Below are positions 59,036-64,000 of a DNA stretch of 64,000 bases, one piece after another. The stretch's first letter is position 1, and each line of letters opens with the position of its first letter. Below the pieces are notes generated by a model. The model was not told the origin of the DNA. It saw nothing but the letters and a program-made list of their open reading frames with translations, and did no database searches. Source of the DNA: Dehalococcoidia bacterium (GTDB lineage: Bacteria > Chloroflexota > Dehalococcoidia > DSTF01 > RBG-16-68-14). The DNA is taken from positions 100,441-164,440 of the forward strand of contig JBBDXS010000002.1 in NCBI GenBank assembly GCA_040902195.1, given 5' to 3'. The position numbers and the translations under genes are program-made.

Positions 59036-59631
59036 ACGCGCGTCTCGATCTTGGACCAGGCGTCATCGAGGGCTCGTTGGAGGTCCTCGAGCGAACCGTT
59101 GTTCTCGATCACGAGCGTCGCGTAGGGGCGACGCTTTTCGTTCGTGAGCTGCGATTGGATGCGCGCCTGCGCCTGCTCCACGGAGAGGCCGTTGCGCTCG
59201 ATCAGCCGCTTGCGGGCAACGTCGGGCGAGACCTCCACGATCCACACCTCGTCGACGAGGTCGAGCCACTCCGCCTCGATCAGGACCGCGGCCTCGAGCA
59301 CAACGACCGCGGCGCCCTCCTGGTGGAGCTTCTCGATGCGCTCCGCGCCGAGGCGGCGGATGGCGGGCCAGACGATCTGCTCCAGCTTGTGCCGGGCCTC
59401 GGGGTCGCCGAAGACCTTCGAGCCGAGCACCTTGCGGTCGATCTCGCCGTCGGGCCCGACGATGTCCTCGCCGAAGGCCTCGATCAGGGCGCGATACGTC
59501 TCGGTGCCCTTGCGGTACGACTCGTGGCCGAGCTTGTCGGCGTCGATCACGACGGCGCCCCGCTCAGCGAGCTGCCGGGAGACGAGCGACTTGCCGCTAG
59601 CGATGCCTCCGGTGAGTCCAATGACGCGCAT
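59032..59631 (-). CDS. coaE: Dephospho-CoA kinase
   Basis: [33 protein letters not shown]. Confidence 0.95.
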   Translation of the reverse strand: MRVIGLTGGIASGKSLVSRQLAERGAVVIDADKLGHESYRKGTETYRALIEAFGEDIVGPDGEIDRKVLGSKVFGDPEARHKLEQIVWPAIRRLGAERIEKLHQEGAAVVVLEAAVLIEAEWLDLVDEVWIVEVSPDVARKRLIERNGLSVEQAQARIQSQLTNEKRRPYATLVIENNGSLEDLQRALDDAWSKIETRV

Positions 59632-59686
59632 GGCGGTTCATTCTAGCGGAGCAGGCAGCTTTCAGCTATCAGCGGTCAGCCTTGAG

Positions 59687-60034
59687 CTACGAGTCTCGAA
59701 AGCGATCTCGATCGGAGCCGTTCGTTTCTCCAGGACCGTCATCCTTAGGGCGGCGTCGAGACGAGAAGATGCCACCGAGTACTCCTCGGCGGAGGAAGAA
59801 CGGGACGATGAAGAGCGGGAGGAAGATGAACCCCGGCAGGAAGCGCGAGAGGAAGAACGCGGCGACGAGAGGCAGCAGAAACAACACCCACGGGCTCGGA
59901 TAGAAGCGCCAGCTTCCGAAGGCCGCGCCTGCTCCCTGCCCGCCGGCGGCGCGTCGCGCGAGGAGCGCGCCTCCCGCGATCAGCGCGAGCATGGCGAGCC
60001 CGGCGGCGATCGATATCGTGAGCGCGATGAGCAT
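59687..60034 (-). CDS. Hypothetical membrane protein
   Basis: Hydrophobic helices; ATG 6 nt after TATCCT. Confidence 0.55.
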   Translation of the reverse strand: MLIALTISIAAGLAMLALIAGGALLARRAAGGQGAGAAFGSWRFYPSPWVLFLLPLVAAFFLSRFLPGFIFLPLFIVPFFLRRGVLGGIFSSRRRPKDDGPGETNGSDRDRFRDS

Positions 60035-60163
60035 GGCTACAGGATAGCACTGCGATGCAAAGGGCTTGATGTTCGAAGTTTGAAGCTCGAAGTTCGATGT
60101 CGACGCGGGCGAGGCGTGTAAAATGGGCACGACGCGGGGGAGCTAGCGGAAGGAGTCCTTTCG

Positions 60164-60808
60164 ATGACGAGAACGCTACAGGCTGCTCTGGCTCTGGCAC
60201 TCGTGATCGCGTTTGCGCTTGAGTCCGGGCGCGCCGCGGCGGCGCCGGACACGATCTACATCGCGCCGACCGTCGGGTTCGTCGGCGCGAACGCGACTGC
60301 GCAACTGCAGGTCAGCGAGATCTCCGACGCGGGCCTGGGAGCGTGGACGGTGGATGTCACGCACAACCCGGAGGTCGTGGAGCTCGCGTCCTGTACCGGG
60401 CAGAGCGGCTCGTTGTGCGGCAAGGAGTTCGGGCCGGAGACGACGCGCATCACCGGCGCGAGCGAGGACGGCATCTCCCTTGGCGCGGACCTGGCGACGC
60501 TGACGTATCGCTGCCTGCAGCAGGGCTCGAGTCCGCTGACGATCGATGTCGTCGTCTTCGCGACGGCGGACGGCGGCAAGGTCGAGCCGCTGGAGGTGCT
60601 GAACGGCAGCATTTACTGCACAAACGGCGATCCGCCGCCGGATGGCACTGCGCCGCCAGCGCCCACAGCTACCACGCCGCCATCGCTCCCGCCCACGGGC
60701 GCCGGCCCAACCGATGACTGGGGCTTACTGCAATGGGCGCTGGCGGCGCTGACCGCGACGGGCGCGTCGTTGGTGGCGCTGGCGGTGCTACGAAAGGACC
60801 GCGTGTGA
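60164..60808 (+). CDS. Cohesin-like domain protein with LPXTG sorting signal
   Basis: Signal peptide; LGAWTVDVTHNPEVVE..SC, LATLTYRC..G.SPLTI; Pro/Thr linker; LPPTG + TM + RKDR. Confidence 0.7.
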   Translation: MTRTLQAALALALVIAFALESGRAAAAPDTIYIAPTVGFVGANATAQLQVSEISDAGLGAWTVDVTHNPEVVELASCTGQSGSLCGKEFGPETTRITGASEDGISLGADLATLTYRCLQQGSSPLTIDVVVFATADGGKVEPLEVLNGSIYCTNGDPPPDGTAPPAPTATTPPSLPPTGAGPTDDWGLLQWALAALTATGASLVALAVLRKDRV

Positions 60809-61593
60809 CGCAGAGCATCAGCTTCGACCGGGCCGCGGACTATTACGATGACACGCGCGCCCTGCCGGACAACATCGCGCAGAAGCAGGCCGATACGCTC
60901 GTAGCCGAGATCGAACGCGCGGGCGCGGCGCGCGTGCTGGAAGTTGGCATCGGCACCGGGCGCATCGCGCGGCCGCTGGCGGCGCGCGGCGTGCGCGTGT
61001 CGGGCATCGACATCTCGACACGGATGATGGCGCGGCTACGCGAGCAGGTCGAGCCGCCGTTTGCGCCAATCGACCTCCTGCTGGGAGACGCCACGCGGTT
61101 GCCGGTCACAACGGCGTCCGTTCGCGCGGTACTCGTCGTGCACGTATTGCACCTCGTGTCGTCCTGGCAGGATAGCGTCGCCGAGATCGCGCGCGTGCTC
61201 GAGCCGGGCGGCATCCTGCTGCGAGCGCGAGAGGAGTACCCCGACCCGAACCCCTGGCGCGAGACCTACGCAAAGTGGATCGAGCTGGAGCGCGCGCGGG
61301 GGTTCCAGCGCAGGCCGCGCCCGAGCGACGAAGGGATCGCGGAACGGCTGCGCGCGCTTGGCGCGTCGTTGCGAACGGAGGTCTATGCGCAGGACGAAGC
61401 GCGCTGGACGCCGGCCGAGAACATCGAGAGCACACGCAAGCGCATCGATTCCTGGACGTGGCAGTTCCCGGACGACCTCTTCGCGGAGCTGCTGGCCGAG
61501 TTCGAACCGTGGGTGAAGGAGCGCTTCAGCGACATGGACAAGGAGTACGTGCAACCGAGATCGTTCGAGATCGACGTCTGGACGTTTCCGTGA
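60805..61593 (+). CDS. Class I SAM-dependent methyltransferase
   Basis: FDRAADYYD, VLEVGIGTGRI, GDATRLP, RVLEPGG. Confidence 0.9.
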   Translation: MTQSISFDRAADYYDDTRALPDNIAQKQADTLVAEIERAGAARVLEVGIGTGRIARPLAARGVRVSGIDISTRMMARLREQVEPPFAPIDLLLGDATRLPVTTASVRAVLVVHVLHLVSSWQDSVAEIARVLEPGGILLRAREEYPDPNPWRETYAKWIELERARGFQRRPRPSDEGIAERLRALGASLRTEVYAQDEARWTPAENIESTRKRIDSWTWQFPDDLFAELLAEFEPWVKERFSDMDKEYVQPRSFEIDVWTFP

Positions 61594-61985
61594 GCGCGCT
61601 CGAAGACGCCGCGGGCGAATCGTTCTGCTACGTGACGACGGAAGGGCGCGTGACGGACAAGCCGCACACGGTCGAGATCTGGTTCGCGCTTGCGGGGCGT
61701 ACGCTGTACATCCTCTCGGGTGGGCGCGAGCGGTCGGACTGGGTGAAGAACGGTATGAAGCAGCCCGGCGTCTCGGTGCGGCTGGCGGACGTGCAGTACA
61801 AGGGGCGGATGCGCATCGTCGAGGCGGAGGAGGAGGACGCGCTGGCGCGACGGCTGCTGCTGGAGAAGTACGCGCCGGGCGACAGCGGCAGCCTGTCGGA
61901 CTGGGGGAAGACGGCGCTGCCCGTCGCAATCGATATCGAGCCCTCGCCCCCGGCCCCTCTCCCGCACGCGGGAGAGGGGAGCTAG
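61590..61985 (+). CDS. Deazaflavin-dependent nitroreductase-family protein
   Basis: YVTTEGRVT..PHTVEIWF, SDWVKN; C-terminus encoded by a REP-like element. Confidence 0.82.
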   Translation: MSALEDAAGESFCYVTTEGRVTDKPHTVEIWFALAGRTLYILSGGRERSDWVKNGMKQPGVSVRLADVQYKGRMRIVEAEEEDALARRLLLEKYAPGDSGSLSDWGKTALPVAIDIEPSPPAPLPHAGEGS

Positions 61986-62048
61986 CGATGAAGCCATGAT
62001 GAGAGCCGGCCACCCGTTGAGGAAAGGCGGCCGCTGCCGCGCGGGCAA

Positions 62049-63248
62049 ATGAACGACATTGATCGTGTGCAGAGCTGGTTCGAGAGCGGGACGCTGCTGC
62101 GCGCGGACGCCGGCGTTGCGAACACGGTCGATCTGGCGCGCGCGCTGGCGTCGATCGCGGGCGGGGACGTCGAGCTGGCGGCGGGCGCAACGAACGTGCG
62201 GGACGCGATCGGCGAGACGGAGCATCTCGTCTTCGTGCTCATCGACGGCCTCGGGATGAACCTCATCGAGTCGCTGCCGGCGGGCTCGTTCCTGCGCGAC
62301 CACGTCGCCATCGAGTTGCGCGCGGTGTTTCCGGCGACGACGGCGGCGGCGCTGACGTCGCTCGCGACGGGACTGTGGCCCGCGCAACACGCTGTGCCCG
62401 CGTGGTGGACGTACCTGCCGCAGTACAAGCTCACGACGACGATTCTGCCGTTCAACGAGCGCTTCAGCGAACGGCCGCTCGCGGAGTTTGGCGTGCGCAG
62501 CGAAGACGTCTTTTGCACGCCTGCGATGATGGCGTCGTTCCGGCGTGACACGTTGTCGTTCATGCCGCGGCAGCTCGCAGGCAGCGTGTACACGCGCTAC
62601 GTCTCCGGTGGGACGCCGATCTCGGGCTACACTGCGCTTCGCGACGCTATCGACGGCGCGATCGCGCGCGTCGAACGCGCGGCGAGCGCCACGTATACGT
62701 ACATCTATTATCCGGCCGTCGATACGCTGGAGCACATCCACGGCCCGGCGTCGGACCACGTCCGCAACGAACTGGACCGCGTCGAATCGGAGCTGGCGCG
62801 GCTCGCGCGAGCGATCGCGGGACGGGGACGCGTCGCCGTGAGCGCCGACCACGGTGTGCTCGCGGTGGCACAGAAGCACAAGTACGTCATCGAAGCGGAC
62901 GACCCGTTGCTTGAGCCGCTCGTGGCGCCGCCGTACGGCGAGCCGCGCGTGCCGTTCTTTCGCGTGCGCGACGGCGCGAGCGATGCGTTCACGTCGCGCT
63001 TCCGCGAACGGTACGGCGAGGAGTTCGCGCTGCTGTCGATCGACGAGGCGGACGAGCTACGGCTGTTCGGGCCGGAACCGCTGTCGACGGCGACGCGCGG
63101 CCGGATTGGCGATTACATCGCGGTGCCGGAAGCGGCTCGAGTGCTGGTACACAGTTCGGTGCGGGACAAGCACGGGCCGGGGCTGATGCGTGGCTTTCAC
63201 GGAGGGATGCTGCGCGAGGAGATGCGGATACCTCTCGTGGTGGCGTGA
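62049..63248 (+). CDS. Alkaline phosphatase/nucleotide pyrophosphatase-family protein
   Basis: LIDGLG, FPATTAAALTS, DTLEH..G, SADHG, GFHGG. Confidence 0.88.
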   Translation: MNDIDRVQSWFESGTLLRADAGVANTVDLARALASIAGGDVELAAGATNVRDAIGETEHLVFVLIDGLGMNLIESLPAGSFLRDHVAIELRAVFPATTAAALTSLATGLWPAQHAVPAWWTYLPQYKLTTTILPFNERFSERPLAEFGVRSEDVFCTPAMMASFRRDTLSFMPRQLAGSVYTRYVSGGTPISGYTALRDAIDGAIARVERAASATYTYIYYPAVDTLEHIHGPASDHVRNELDRVESELARLARAIAGRGRVAVSADHGVLAVAQKHKYVIEADDPLLEPLVAPPYGEPRVPFFRVRDGASDAFTSRFRERYGEEFALLSIDEADELRLFGPEPLSTATRGRIGDYIAVPEAARVLVHSSVRDKHGPGLMRGFHGGMLREEMRIPLVVA

Positions 63249-63256
63249 GACGAAGT

Positions 63257-63319
63257 AGCTCGAAGCTCGAACCTCGACGACAAGAGAAACGAAGCGGGAG
63301 GCCTAAAGGCCTCCCCTAC
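63257..63319. repeat. Heptamer run plus REP-like hairpin between convergent genes
   Basis: AGCTCGA AGCTCGA ACCTCGA; GGGAGGCCTAAAGGCCTCCCCTAC. Confidence 0.65.
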
Positions 63320-63342
63320 ACGTCATCGACATCTGGCTACTG

Positions 63343-64000
63343 CTACGCCCGCATGTCCTCGGGATCGATGCCGTTGGCGGCGCACCACTCGCGGTACGCG
63401 ACGGGCGAGACTTCGGAGGGCTTGATCTCGCTCCGGCCGCCCCAGAAAACATTCGTATAGCTCACGGGGATGTCGATAGACGCTAGGTGTGCGTCGATCG
63501 CGGCCTTGTGGTCGAGCAGGAGCTGCTTGTCGGTGCCGTGCGCGACGCCCATGACGTTGACGTTGTTGAACTCCGCACCGGCCTCACGCCAGTAGCAATG
63601 CGTGAGGATGTGGTGGCGTCCCACCTCGCGGCCGGCTTCGATCTCGCGGCCGGCGGGGACGGCCCAGTGGAAGAGCGCGTTGTAGCGCGTCACGCTCTGC
63701 CCGCCGGCGACGGGCTTCACGTGCTCCAGGAACGTCGAGAAACGGCCGATGATCCGCCGCTCCTCGAACGACGCGGCGGTCTCCAGGAACTCATCGAGCG
63801 GGACGCCGGCCTCGGCCGCGCGCGCGCTCCAGATGTCCTCGACGATCTCGTCCGGCGCGAACTCGCGTTTGAGCGCGGTAAGCACGCGCCATTCCTCGTC
63901 CGAGAGCTCGACGACGTTGACGTCCGTCACGTCAGCGAGCTCGTCTGACTTGCTGCCCGGCTCCATGCCGCGACGCCGCACATGGCCGACGCCGAGCGCG
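63343..64000 (-). CDS. Lrp/AsnC-fold siroheme-decarboxylase-like protein (AhbA/B, NirDL type), 5' end outside the window
   Basis: IIGRFSTFLEH, NALFHWAVP, LTHCYWR, VAHG, EIK. Confidence 0.7.
   Translation of the reverse strand, partial: ALGVGHVRRRGMEPGSKSDELADVTDVNVVELSDEEWRVLTALKREFAPDEIVEDIWSARAAEAGVPLDEFLETAASFEERRIIGRFSTFLEHVKPVAGGQSVTRYNALFHWAVPAGREIEAGREVGRHHILTHCYWREAGAEFNNVNVMGVAHGTDKQLLLDHKAAIDAHLASIDIPVSYTNVFWGGRSEIKPSEVSPVAYREWCAANGIDPEDMRA

Overview
High-GC (roughly two-thirds G+C by eye), gene-dense bacterial chromosome segment, most likely Chloroflexota/Dehalococcoidia (inferred from a flexitail-like surface protein, an LPXTG cohesin-like protein, F420-dependent enzymes and overall gene style). 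It holds the start of a Tad/Flp pilus operon behind three signalling genes, housekeeping genes (coaD, rsmD, rimI, acpS, nnr, split transketolase, radC, lepB, coaE), larB/larC, an Rrf2-nirK-multicopper oxidase module, the tRNA-Thr/Tyr/Thr-tuf-rpmG-secE-nusG-rplK-rplA-rplJ-rplL cluster, tRNA-Val and many REP-like palindromes. No CRISPR array, prophage, integrase or transposase was seen. Most notable: (1) two OmpR-type regulators plus a receiver/kinase-like protein upstream of flp, all lacking their phospho-chemistry residues, with duplicated CsrA-like sites in the flp leader and a stand-alone csrA in the window; (2) a clan-AA aspartic protease gene wedged between rplK and rplA; (3) nirK coupled to a membrane-anchored two-domain multicopper oxidase-cupredoxin fusion and a small Cys-rich protein; (4) two genes that seem to start at ATA and ATT; (5) a possible cohesin/dockerin-like surface display pair. 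All family calls come from reading motifs by eye; no searches were run.
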